Assembly (NCBI GenBank): GCA_965216325.1
Contig: OZ244160.1
Location: 608,001 to 672,000 of the forward strand
DNA: 64,000 bases
Reading direction: 5' to 3'
DNA from: Coraliomargarita sp.
Lineage (GTDB): Bacteria; Verrucomicrobiota; Verrucomicrobiia; Opitutales; Coraliomargaritaceae
The translations under genes were made by a program, and so were the position numbers. A model generated the notes under the pieces. The model had not been told where the DNA came from and ran no database searches. It was given only the letters and a program-made list of their open reading frames with translations. Below, one piece after another: positions 54,952 through 64,000 of this stretch. Numbering within the stretch: the stretch's first letter is position 1; each line of letters opens with the position of its first letter.

Positions 54952-57609
54952 TTAGCCTGTGGTGCGCAGGCCGCTGGCGATTGCGTTGATTACCAGGAGT
55001 AGTGCCTCAACTGTTTCAGCGCTTGGCTCGCTCTCGCCGCGCATCTTACGTAGGAGCTCAATTTGTTGGCCATGGAGCACTTTGAGGGGCACTTCACGTG
55101 CTTTGAGTGTCTTCCAGAAGCGTGGGCGACGTTCTTCCAGCGCCTGACCAAAGAGCTTGGTCAATTGTGCCTTGGTAATCGCATGCTCTTGCATGATCGT
55201 GCCATGGAAGCGATCGCGGAGCGCCTCATCCTCAACGAGTGCAGCATAGGCATCCATCCATTGTGGGTCGGCACTGTTAAAGCTGCTTTCGATGTTGTAG
55301 AAAACGTAGCGCAGGAACGCCATGCTTTGCCAATTATCGCTGAGGTATTGATAGGCTTCCGGGCACTCGGCTTCGAGTTGTTGTAGTGCGGTGCCGACAC
55401 CGAACCAGCCTGGAAGGTAGTAGCGCGATTGGTTCCAGCTGAAGACCCAAGGGATTGCGCGCAGGTCATCCAGTGTTGCTTGGCCGGTGCGGCGAGAAGG
55501 GCGCGAACCGATGCGGCTTTGCTCAATCGCATCGATAGGAGTGGCCTGACGGTAAAACTGCATGAAGCCCTCTGTGCGAAGGAACTCTTTGTAGCGGGTT
55601 TGTGAATACGCCGCGAGTTTCGCCATCAGGTCGTTGAGCTCGGCTGGATCTTCGTCTTTCTGAGCACTGAGCAGGCGTGCACCAAGTGTGCCGGCGACCA
55701 GATACTCGAGATTAGCGGTTGCGGTTTCGATCGTGTTGTATTTCTGGCCAATCACTTCACCTTGTTCGGTCAGACGTAGGCCGCCACGTAGTGCTTGCTT
55801 GGGCACGGCTTCAAGGAAGCGGTGAGTAGGTCCGGCACCACGGCCGACGGTGCCGCCGCGACCGTGGAAGAACTGCATGTCGACACCATAGCGTAGGCCA
55901 ACTGCGACCAGTTCTTGCTGCGCGCGAAGTAGCGCCCATTGGCTCGCGAGAATACCAGTGTCCTTATTGCTGTCACTATAGCCGAGCATGACCATCATGC
56001 GTGGACGCTCTTGTCCTTTCAGACTGCGTTGAGTGACTGGGTGCTTTAAAAACGCATCCGTAATGCCAGGTGCACGTTCCAAGTCTTCGTAGGTTTCGAA
56101 GAGTGGCACGACTGGTAGGGTGGATTGCAGGCCTTCGCCATTGTCGTAAGTAAGGCCGACTTCCTTACACAGTACATAAACGGTGAGTAGGTCAGAGAGC
56201 TCGCGGGTCATACTGACAATCAGTGCGCCCACTGTGTGCGCTCCGTTTACACGCACTTGTTTTGCAACCACGCTGAGTGTCTTACGCACCTCGCTAGCTT
56301 CAGCAGGAAGTGCAGTGGAGTGGTGCGTGAGTGGGCGTGGATTTTCCAACTCTACGTTGAGCAATTCAATACGGGCTGCTTCATCGCGCTTACGGTAGTC
56401 GGCTTCGCTTTCGATATTGGCAGTTTCGAGTAGCTGGCCGAGTGCCTTCTCGTAGTAGGTGCTGTTTTGGCGGATGTCGATACGTGCCAAGTGCAATCCG
56501 ATGCTGTCGACCAGGCGGATCAATGGTGTGACGTAACATTCAACGACCCGTTGTGCGCCTGCATCTGCGAGCCATGCTTCAAGCTTTGCGAGCTGTTGTC
56601 TTGTTTCAGAGGCTGAGGCGTCGTCTAGTTGAGCCGCAATCATGCGGGCGTAGGCACGCCATGGCTCATCGGAAAGGTGCTCTGCGTCGGCTGCCACTAG
56701 GCATTCTTTGAGTGCTTCAGGCGCAGGTGTCTGGATCGTCGTAAAGGCCAATTTGAGCGCGAGGCAATCCAGGCGTTCGCGGACCACGCGAACTGCACTA
56801 TTGCGAAGGGTTTCGAGTGTCCGAGTCGTCGTTTCAGAGGTCACGAAAGGGTGTCCGTCACGGTCGCCGCCGACCCAAGAGCCGAAGTGGAGCAAAGGCT
56901 TTTCCTTACCTTCCAGTGGTGCTGCTTCTGGCCACGCCTGACGCCACGCGTGGCTGAGATTCGCGTCCAGCTTCTGCTGAGTTTCCGGAAGCACCTGTGT
57001 CAGGTAGTAGAGCAGATTGTTCAGCTCGTCGTTAATGTTTGGCTTTTGGCTGAAGAGTTCACCGGTCAGCCACAGGCGCTCAAGTAGTGCGTCGAGCGAC
57101 TGGGTGGATTCGGCAAATTCAAATTCAGTCTCACAACTTTCGCGGGCTTGAAGGAGCTCGACGATGTCGCGGTGGATGCGCAGCACCGACCAGCGTTTCG
57201 CCTCGGTTGGGTGCTTGGTAAAGACGGGTTCGACTTCGACGGTAGCGAGCTTTTCGCGCACCGCATCCGCTTGGATGTCGAGCTGCTTGAGGCGTTTGAA
57301 GTAGTTCGACCAGTTGCCTGCTTCCGCTTCCGGGCCGAGCGCAGCCTCACGCTTGCGGCGCATGGTGTTCGCGACGTGCTCCTCGGCCAGATTCAGCAGT
57401 TGGAAGTAGTAGGAGATCGCCTGCACTTCGGGTGCAGTGAGTGTGTGCTCTAGCTCGGAGTCGAAGCCTTTTTGGAGGAGCTCAGCAGCTTCGGATTCGC
57501 CTTGTTGGCGAAGAAGCTGCACGAGGCGCTCCACGAGTAACTGGTGCGTGGCTTCGACATGGGCAATACCCTGTTCGACGAGTTCTTGGTAAGTAATCTG
57601 ACGGTCCAT
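54952..57609 (-). CDS. ppc: Phosphoenolpyruvate carboxylase
   Basis: HPTE, SWVGGDRDG, VVPLFET, MLGYSDSNKD, FHGRGG, TEQGE, RAIPWVFSW, GLRTTG. Confidence 0.96.
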   Translation of the reverse strand: MDRQITYQELVEQGIAHVEATHQLLVERLVQLLRQQGESEAAELLQKGFDSELEHTLTAPEVQAISYYFQLLNLAEEHVANTMRRKREAALGPEAEAGNWSNYFKRLKQLDIQADAVREKLATVEVEPVFTKHPTEAKRWSVLRIHRDIVELLQARESCETEFEFAESTQSLDALLERLWLTGELFSQKPNINDELNNLLYYLTQVLPETQQKLDANLSHAWRQAWPEAAPLEGKEKPLLHFGSWVGGDRDGHPFVTSETTTRTLETLRNSAVRVVRERLDCLALKLAFTTIQTPAPEALKECLVAADAEHLSDEPWRAYARMIAAQLDDASASETRQQLAKLEAWLADAGAQRVVECYVTPLIRLVDSIGLHLARIDIRQNSTYYEKALGQLLETANIESEADYRKRDEAARIELLNVELENPRPLTHHSTALPAEASEVRKTLSVVAKQVRVNGAHTVGALIVSMTRELSDLLTVYVLCKEVGLTYDNGEGLQSTLPVVPLFETYEDLERAPGITDAFLKHPVTQRSLKGQERPRMMVMLGYSDSNKDTGILASQWALLRAQQELVAVGLRYGVDMQFFHGRGGTVGRGAGPTHRFLEAVPKQALRGGLRLTEQGEVIGQKYNTIETATANLEYLVAGTLGARLLSAQKDEDPAELNDLMAKLAAYSQTRYKEFLRTEGFMQFYRQATPIDAIEQSRIGSRPSRRTGQATLDDLRAIPWVFSWNQSRYYLPGWFGVGTALQQLEAECPEAYQYLSDNWQSMAFLRYVFYNIESSFNSADPQWMDAYAALVEDEALRDRFHGTIMQEHAITKAQLTKLFGQALEERRPRFWKTLKAREVPLKVLHGQQIELLRKMRGESEPSAETVEALLLVINAIASGLRTTG

Positions 57610-57755
57610 TCTTAGGATCGAAATAGTGTGTGGTTGGTAGAGGATCTATTGATAAATAGGTAGGACGACTTCGAGACGTGCTACAGCAGTTCCCGTGCTC
57701 AGACGCGGGAGAATGACTGCTGGTCGATCACATTCGACGAACCGCAGCGATTGGC

Positions 57756-58892
57756 TTAGCGGTCGAGCAGTTTGAGGAATTCCTCGTTGCTCTTGGTCAT
57801 GCTGATGCGGTCGATCATCGCTTCTGCAGCATCTTCGATCTTTTGACCTGCCAGTGCGCGGCGTAGGAACTGGGATGCTTCGAGGCGCTTTCCAGAGAGG
57901 AGTAGCTCTTCGCGGCGTGTGCCGGAGGCATTCAGATTCACTGCAGGCCAGAGTCGGAGCTCGGCGGCCTTGCGGTCGAGCACCATTTCCATGTTACCAG
58001 TGCCCTTGAATTCCTGGAAGATCAGTTCGTCCATCTTGCTGCCGGTCTCAATCAGAGCAGTGGCAATGATGGTCAAGCTACCGCCTTCTTCGCAATTACG
58101 CGCCGCAGAGAACAGCTGACGTGGCTTTTCCAGCGCGCGAATGTCGAGACCACCGGTCATGGTGCGGCCACCTTTGCCGGAGGCAGAGTTGTAGGCGCGG
58201 GAGAGACGGGTGATGGAGTCGAGGAGGAAGACCACGTCTTTGCCCGCTTCGACCAGACGCTTGGCGCGCTCGATCGCGAGTTCGGCCACACGGATGTGGC
58301 TGGTGATCTCCTCATCGTTGGAGGAGGCGTAAATCTCGGCATCGACGCTACGCTTGAAGTCGGTGACTTCTTCCGGGCGCTCGTCGACCAGCAGCACGAT
58401 CAGGTGGCAGTCGTCTTTGTAGTTTTCGGAAATGCCGTGCGCGATGTCGTGGAGTAGGGTGGTCTTACCGGTACGCGGTGGTGCGACGATTAGACCACGG
58501 GTGCCCTTACCGATTGGGCAGAAAAGATCCATCACGCGAGTGGTGAGGCGGGCGTCCTTGGCTTCGAGGATGAGTTGCTCATCGGGCGCGATCGAAACCA
58601 TTTGCTGGAAGCTGTAGCGGCCCTTGCGCTCTTCCATTGTGAGGCCGTCGACCTTGTCGATGAAGCGGACCTTCGGATTCGGATGGCGTGAGTTGTGGAG
58701 CGCTTTGGCTTCGACGAAGCTGCCTTGCTTGAGCTTGAAGCGCTTGATCAACTCGCGCGGCACGAACGGGTCGCTTGGCTTGGTCTTGCCGTTGCGGCTG
58801 GGGTCGATCAATTGGCCGGTCTTATTCTGGAGGATTTCCAGAATGCCGGATACTTCAACTTCGTTGTCCTTGGGCTTTTCTTCCTGACTCAT
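57756..58892 (-). CDS. rho: Transcription termination factor Rho
   Basis: [53 protein letters not shown]. Confidence 0.97.
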   Translation of the reverse strand: MSQEEKPKDNEVEVSGILEILQNKTGQLIDPSRNGKTKPSDPFVPRELIKRFKLKQGSFVEAKALHNSRHPNPKVRFIDKVDGLTMEERKGRYSFQQMVSIAPDEQLILEAKDARLTTRVMDLFCPIGKGTRGLIVAPPRTGKTTLLHDIAHGISENYKDDCHLIVLLVDERPEEVTDFKRSVDAEIYASSNDEEITSHIRVAELAIERAKRLVEAGKDVVFLLDSITRLSRAYNSASGKGGRTMTGGLDIRALEKPRQLFSAARNCEEGGSLTIIATALIETGSKMDELIFQEFKGTGNMEMVLDRKAAELRLWPAVNLNASGTRREELLLSGKRLEASQFLRRALAGQKIEDAAEAMIDRISMTKSNEEFLKLLDR

Positions 58893-59136
58893 CTGAGCGT
58901 GACTGCGTGCCGAACGGCACTTTGTGATTCAAATTGGGCAGACGGAATGACTCCTTTGCCACAAAAAAGGGTGCCGAATATGCTCTCGGCGCGGTAGCTA
59001 TCGTGTTGTGCGTGAGGCCGAATTTCTGAATCCGTGCGTCTGTAAGCGCCTTTGCTTACCTGCATCAGTTACGATGAATCAGATTTATGTGGAGCGATCT
59101 GCGCCTGTCAACGCTTAGAATTCGTCTCGGATTTTG

Positions 59137-59165
59137 GTAGTGCAGGCGAGACGCGACTGCGCTAC
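59137..59165. repeat. Single REP-like hairpin overlapping the SRPBCC gene stop codon
   Basis: GTAGTGCAG-GCGAGACGCGA-CTGCGCTAC. Confidence 0.65.
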
Positions 59166-59623
59166 CTCTTGAAAACCTCAGGTAGAGCTGTTTCACGGTA
59201 GCCAAAAATGTGCCGGAGTTGCTTTTTGACATAAATGCCGTGCGCCAGTGCCCCGAATGGGCCGAAGGGCAGGGCGTAGTGGACGCGGTCAACGAAGCGA
59301 ATGCCGCCCTCAACCTCGGTAATCTCGTGATAGTGGAACCACAATTTGTAGGGCCCGATACGCTGCTCGTCGACGAAGCTATGTTGTTCGCTAATGTGCT
59401 TAATCTCGGTCAGCCAGCGTTGTTTGCCGAGGAAGGGGATGCCAATGCGGTATTCGATGATCAACCCATTGGACATCTCGTCTGGGAGGTCGGAAACAAT
59501 CTCGAAGTCGAGCTCGGGAGGTGTGATGCGGTTCAGGTTCTCGGGCCTGCGAATGAAATCCCAAGCTTCGGAGAGGGTTGTCGGGACTACTTGTTCGTAA
59601 TAGAGTTGGTGCACAGTAGGCAT
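59162..59623 (-). CDS. SRPBCC family protein
   Basis: WDF...PENL..ITP, W.TEI, FVDEQRIGPY..W.H.H, IFGYR. Confidence 0.88.
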   Translation of the reverse strand: MPTVHQLYYEQVVPTTLSEAWDFIRRPENLNRITPPELDFEIVSDLPDEMSNGLIIEYRIGIPFLGKQRWLTEIKHISEQHSFVDEQRIGPYKLWFHYHEITEVEGGIRFVDRVHYALPFGPFGALAHGIYVKKQLRHIFGYRETALPEVFKR

Positions 59624-59729
59624 TTATATGGAACGTTTGACCTTGGTCGGACTTACGCTTATACCTTAAAAAGAAAGCGAGTTCAGCCGTAAGGTTTGGC
59701 GCGAGGGCTCGTTTTCTCTACATCTGCTA

Positions 59730-60641
59730 ATGAGAACACTCTACGATATTTTTAAGCACGGGCTGCAGGACCAAGATAACCGCCTGCTCATGGCGTCCTC
59801 TCCTGTGGTGATCATGCATCTGGCGTGTATCGGAGCCTTATTCACCGGATTCAGCTGGGTTGCTGTGGTGACGCTACTACTGACCTATTCGATTCGGGTC
59901 TTTGCACTCACCGCCGGGTTTCATCGCTACTTTTCACACCGTGCGTTCAAGACCAGTCGTGCCTTTCAATTTGTGCTCGCATGGGTGGGCACCTCCTCGG
60001 CTCAGTTGGGCCCGATGTGGTGGGCGGCAAATCATCGTCACCATCACCAGCATTCTGACAAAGAGCCAGACATTCACTCACCAGTCATCAAAGACGCTTT
60101 CTGGGCGCACATTGGCTGGGTTATGTGCAAGGCACACAGCGAGATAAAATACGATCGGATTAAGGATCTCAGCAAGTACCGCGAGTTGCGATTTATTGAC
60201 CGCTTCCACGTCTTACCCGTGCTGTCATTGATCGGGCTGCTATATGCGATTGGTGCGGGGCTGAATACTGCGTTTCCTGCGCTGGGGACCAGTGGCATGC
60301 AACTGGTGATGTGGGGCTTCTTTTTGAGCACTATTCTCGTCTATCACGTCACTTTTTGTGTGAACTCGGTGACTCATATCGTAGGTAAGAAGCGCTTTGT
60401 GACCGATGACGAAAGTCGCAACAGTTGGTGGGTTGCGTTGCTCACCTTTGGTGAGGGCTGGCATAATAATCATCACCGTTGGCCACTCTCCGCCCGTCAA
60501 GGTATGTATTGGTGGGAGTTAGACATTACCTACTACATGCTGCGAGTATTGGAAAAATGTGGTTTGGTTTGGGACCTGAAGGTCTATCCACATAGTATTT
60601 ATGAGGAAGCCGAGCACGGTATTGTTGTGGAGACTTCTTAG
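59730..60641 (+). CDS. Membrane fatty acid desaturase (delta-9-like)
   Basis: His boxes HRYFSH, HRHHH, GEGWHNNHH. Confidence 0.93.
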   Translation: MRTLYDIFKHGLQDQDNRLLMASSPVVIMHLACIGALFTGFSWVAVVTLLLTYSIRVFALTAGFHRYFSHRAFKTSRAFQFVLAWVGTSSAQLGPMWWAANHRHHHQHSDKEPDIHSPVIKDAFWAHIGWVMCKAHSEIKYDRIKDLSKYRELRFIDRFHVLPVLSLIGLLYAIGAGLNTAFPALGTSGMQLVMWGFFLSTILVYHVTFCVNSVTHIVGKKRFVTDDESRNSWWVALLTFGEGWHNNHHRWPLSARQGMYWWELDITYYMLRVLEKCGLVWDLKVYPHSIYEEAEHGIVVETS

Positions 60642-60643
60642 AG

Positions 60644-61426
60644 ATGGGATTTTGGCTGCCATTTTTCGTGATTGGCTTTGGGCTGGCAGCCAGTGCGTAT
60701 TTGATTGCTCGTGGCCTTAAGCACATGGCGATTGTGGATCTAATTTGGACTGCTGGGCTCGGTATTGCTGGATTGGTCTATGTGCTAAGCTTAGAGAGTG
60801 CCTCTGGGCGTTCTTGGTGTGTGCTCATCGTGTTGGGATTGTGGTCCTTCCGCTTAAGTTTGCACTTGCTTCGTGATCGAGTGCTTCGTGGCCATGAAGA
60901 TCCGCGTTATCAGGCTTTGGCGAACCACTGGGGCGAGCAGTCGGGGCGCAATTTTTTCGGGCTCTTCCTAGTGCAAATTGTGTTTGTCGCTTTGTTTTTG
61001 CTACCGTTCGGTGTTGCTGCGGAAAACAGGTCTGAACTCTGGCGCGTCAGCGACTTTATCGCGCTGGGCATTGCGGCAGTTGCTTTGCTCGGTGAAACGC
61101 TTGCGGATCGTCAGTTAGCACGCTTTCGGGCTCAGCCTGATAATTCTGGCAAGGTCTGTCGAGAGGGCCTTTGGCGCTATTCGCGCCATCCCAACTACTT
61201 CTTTGAATGGGTTTTCTGGTGGACCTTTGTGGCCTTTGCCTGGGGAGCTGGAAATTGGTGGGTAAGTTTACTCGGACCCGCTGCGATGTATTGTTTCTTA
61301 CGTTATCTTACCGGCATCCCTTATGCAGAACGTTCGTCGCTGAAGCGGCGCGGTGAGGCTTACCGAAATTACCAACAAACCACCAGCGCCTTCTTCCCAT
61401 GGATACCACACAAACCACGTCCGTAA
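60644..61426 (+). CDS. DUF1295 / steroid-reductase-like membrane protein
   Basis: VDLIW, EDPRY, GE..AD.QL..F, GLWRYSRHPNYFFE, TGIP..E. Confidence 0.88.
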   Translation: MGFWLPFFVIGFGLAASAYLIARGLKHMAIVDLIWTAGLGIAGLVYVLSLESASGRSWCVLIVLGLWSFRLSLHLLRDRVLRGHEDPRYQALANHWGEQSGRNFFGLFLVQIVFVALFLLPFGVAAENRSELWRVSDFIALGIAAVALLGETLADRQLARFRAQPDNSGKVCREGLWRYSRHPNYFFEWVFWWTFVAFAWGAGNWWVSLLGPAAMYCFLRYLTGIPYAERSSLKRRGEAYRNYQQTTSAFFPWIPHKPRP

Positions 61427-62628
61427 GTCCCGCAGGAATCCGAAGCACCCAAAAGCTTGCACTTGCTGAACGGCTCTTTTGTCAGGCACTCAAAGACCTA
61501 ACAGGCGGACGGCTTCACATCACCTTTCCAAGTGGTGCGGAGATGATCGTTGGGCAAGGAGGCTGCAGTATCGAATCGTTACGGATTCAGCATCCTCGTT
61601 TCTTTAGGAAAGTGCTGTCGGGGGGCAGTGTTGCCTTCGGTGAGGCTTATGTTGAGGGTCTTTGGACGACTTCGAATCTGAGTGGTTTGCTTCGCTTGCT
61701 TGCGCACAATCAGCAACAGACCGGGCGTTTGCAACGAGGCTTCTCGCTGGTGAGTCAGAAGATCAATCAAGCGACGCATCGTTTGCGCAGAAATACCGTT
61801 GAGCAGAGCCGTCAGAACATCCAGGCGCACTACGACTTGAGTAATGATTTCTATGCGCATTTTTTGGATCCTACGATGACCTATTCCAGTGCCTTGTTTG
61901 CGAATTCAGAGCAGACTTTGGAGCAAGCGCAGATCAATAAGATCAATCGTATGTTGGACCTCGCTGAAGTCTGGGCGGGGGATCATATTCTAGAGATCGG
62001 CAGTGGTTGGGGCGCACTCGCAATTGAAGCAGCCAAGCGAGGTTGCAAGGTGACGACGATTACGCTCTCTGACGAACAGTATGCCTTGGCGAAACAACGC
62101 TTCGAAGAGGCTGGTGTTGCCGAACAGATCGAGATCCGGCTACAGGACTACCGGAATTTGTCTGGACAGTTTGATGCGGTGGTGTCCTGCGAGATGATTG
62201 AAGCCGTTGGTAAGGAATATTTGCCGAGCTACTTTAAGATGATTCAGGACTCACTAAAGCCCGGCGCCAAAGCTGTGATTCAGGCAATCACGATTCCGGA
62301 TGAACGCTATGAGAGTTACAGCAACAGCTGCGACTGGATTCAGAAGCACATTTTCCCTGGCGGGCATTTACCATCGCCTGGGGCAATTCGTGAGCAGGTG
62401 AATGTCGCAGGTAAAATGGTCGTGCAATCCATGGATGGTTTCGGATACGACTATGCTGAAACGCTGCGTCGCTGGGCGGATGAATTTAAAGCGAACTGGT
62501 CTACGATTGAGCCGCTCGGTTTTGATGAAGCGTTCCGCCGCAAGTGGAATTACTACCTCAGCTATTGTGAGGCTGGCTTTGATGAAGACCTCATCGATGT
62601 ACAGCACGTCGTGCTGGAGCGGGTTTAA
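61399..62628 (+). CDS. Cfa-family SAM-dependent fatty-acyl methyltransferase (UfaM-like)
   Basis: HYDLSNDF, MTYSSA, LEIGSGWG, SCEMIEAVG, IFPGG, YYLSYCEAGF. Confidence 0.88.
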   Translation: MDTTQTTSVSPAGIRSTQKLALAERLFCQALKDLTGGRLHITFPSGAEMIVGQGGCSIESLRIQHPRFFRKVLSGGSVAFGEAYVEGLWTTSNLSGLLRLLAHNQQQTGRLQRGFSLVSQKINQATHRLRRNTVEQSRQNIQAHYDLSNDFYAHFLDPTMTYSSALFANSEQTLEQAQINKINRMLDLAEVWAGDHILEIGSGWGALAIEAAKRGCKVTTITLSDEQYALAKQRFEEAGVAEQIEIRLQDYRNLSGQFDAVVSCEMIEAVGKEYLPSYFKMIQDSLKPGAKAVIQAITIPDERYESYSNSCDWIQKHIFPGGHLPSPGAIREQVNVAGKMVVQSMDGFGYDYAETLRRWADEFKANWSTIEPLGFDEAFRRKWNYYLSYCEAGFDEDLIDVQHVVLERV

Positions 62629-62630
62629 AT

Positions 62631-62696
62631 GTAGAACAGGCGCCTCGCCTGTTGATGATTGGTGCTCAGGTGACACAGGCAAGATGCCTGTGCTAC
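62631..62696. repeat. GTAG REP doublet between convergent genes
   Basis: GTAGAACAGGCGCCTCGCCTGTT ... CACAGGCAAGATGCCTGTGCTAC. Confidence 0.85.
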
Positions 62697-62698
62697 GA

Positions 62699-63496
62699 TT
62701 AAATCACTGGCCTCCATCCTTCCGGATGATCTCGGTCTATTAGAGTGTTGGTGGATTCCGGCGAAGGACGTTTGAACACCGGAAGTTTTTTCTTATAGTA
62801 GAGATGTGCGGCTTGCCAGAGGATGCGTGGCATGCTGTTGAGTGCTGTATCCAGGGGGTGGAGCAGTGCGTAGCGCCAGATGCTTTGATTGCTAATCGGG
62901 TGTCCATCTCCCTGTATCCACGTTTTTAATACGCAGGAACCTTCGCGGTAAAGGTCGACGCCGAGGAAGATGTGGTCGCCCTTGATCTGGAAGGTGAACT
63001 TATAGACGCCTGCCATGTTGTTGAAGGGCGACACGTGAAAGTCCTTGGGGCACTCTGCGGTCCAGCACTGTGCTTTGACCTGCATGAGTTCTTTGAGTGG
63101 GTAGACGTGCCGATCTTTGAAGGTGTTATTTACTTCCGCGACCACGGCTATGAGCTCAGACCCCGCCATGCGTAGGTGAAAATTGACAGGGTTGAATGCA
63201 TAGCCGAAATAGCGCGGTGAGCTGATCAGGATTGTGTGCTCATCAATCTGCTCTGGCCCGAGCAACTGTTCGAGGTCTTGCTGAATCGGTGAGCCTGTGC
63301 CGTATAAGTAATCACGATCGCGTAGAGTCAGTAGATTGGATTGGTTGTGGCTGAACAGTGGGGCTTGGCTTTGAATGGAGTCGAGTTCATCCAGTCCGAA
63401 TCCGAAAAAGGTCGCAGGATACGTGAAGGCATGTGGTGTGGGGCCCATTCGTTGATGGGTGACTTCGCCACGATAAATTCTGGAATGTTGTATCAC
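62699..63496 (-). CDS. DUF1365 family protein (UfaO-like)
   Basis: G.V.H.R..P..H.F.Y, PRYFGYAFNPV, EVNNTF, KDFHVSPF, I.WQA. Confidence 0.88.
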   Translation of the reverse strand: MIQHSRIYRGEVTHQRMGPTPHAFTYPATFFGFGLDELDSIQSQAPLFSHNQSNLLTLRDRDYLYGTGSPIQQDLEQLLGPEQIDEHTILISSPRYFGYAFNPVNFHLRMAGSELIAVVAEVNNTFKDRHVYPLKELMQVKAQCWTAECPKDFHVSPFNNMAGVYKFTFQIKGDHIFLGVDLYREGSCVLKTWIQGDGHPISNQSIWRYALLHPLDTALNSMPRILWQAAHLYYKKKLPVFKRPSPESTNTLIDRDHPEGWRPVI

Positions 63497-64000
63497 AATT
63501 CGATGCCGAAGCCTTGGGCGACTTCAACTGCTGAACGCACCGCATCTTCATGGAAGCCATAGCCGAAATAACTGCCACAGAACCATGTGTTTTGTGTGCC
63601 GTTCATCTCTTTGAGGCGTGGCTGAGTCGCCATGCTTTCAGTTGAATAGAGCGGATGCATTAGTGTGGTTTGGTTGATCACGCGGTCGTCTGCGATGGGG
63701 CGCGTGGTATTGAGGGTAACAATATAATCTCGCTCAGTTTGCAGATCCTGCAAGCGGTTCATGTAATAACTGACAGAGACCGGGCGTTGGTCGGTATGGC
63801 CGGATTCGCGGGCGAAATTCCAAGAGGACCACAGCTTTGAGTTGTCCGGTAGATGCGTGGTGTCGGTGTGCAGGGTAACCGTGTTGGGCTGATAACGCCA
63901 CGGACCTAAGTTCTGTTGTTCCTGTTCGCTGGGATCGAGCAAGAGCTTGAGGGCTTCGTCCGCATGTGCGCCAATCACGACATGATCGAATTCGAGCGTT
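63493..64000 (-). CDS. FAD-dependent amine-oxidase-like oxidoreductase (UfaD-like), 5' end outside the window
   Basis: FDHVVIGAHAD, WSSWN, YYMNRLQ, HP, WFCGSYFGYGFHEDAVRSA. Confidence 0.85.
   Translation of the reverse strand, partial: TLEFDHVVIGAHADEALKLLLDPSEQEQQNLGPWRYQPNTVTLHTDTTHLPDNSKLWSSWNFARESGHTDQRPVSVSYYMNRLQDLQTERDYIVTLNTTRPIADDRVINQTTLMHPLYSTESMATQPRLKEMNGTQNTWFCGSYFGYGFHEDAVRSAVEVAQGFGIEL

Noticed and set aside
57660..57684. GTAG...CTAC hairpin upstream of ppc
   Set aside because: Too degenerate to assign to a REP subtype.

Overview
Core-genome-like 64 kb bacterial window. Gene content and style suggest Verrucomicrobiota (Opitutales/Coraliomargarita-like); this is an inference, as no marker gene was checked. 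In order it holds: glucosylglycerate/mannosylglucosylglycerate genes (partial GT4, gpgS, second GT4, GH13_18 phosphorylase), ppk2, a PPTase, argA, xerD, two divergent tRNA-Leu, an NhaC-type transporter, metK-ahcY-apt, a nucleobase salvage operon (uraA-upp-NCS2-hpt-Tsx-like porin), a biotin-domain-less carboxyltransferase, an L,D-transpeptidase, ppk1, a type II secretion cluster (G-H-I-J-K-L-M-D plus one unknown), gpmI, a tightly packed four-gene unit (unknown protein with ADP-ribosyltransferase motifs, two histidine kinases, TonB-dependent receptor), a TroABCD metal transporter with a TroC-DtxR fusion, ppc, rho and a lipid-modification cluster resembling furan fatty acid synthesis. No CRISPR array, transposase or prophage was seen. 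Two observations stand out. First, GTAG-type REP doublets sit in-frame inside the cleavable leader peptides of three consecutive pseudopilin genes. Second, a 423-aa hypothetical protein carries a clear R-S-E ADP-ribosyltransferase motif set and heads the kinase/kinase/TBDR unit. Several families of small intergenic repeats are also present.
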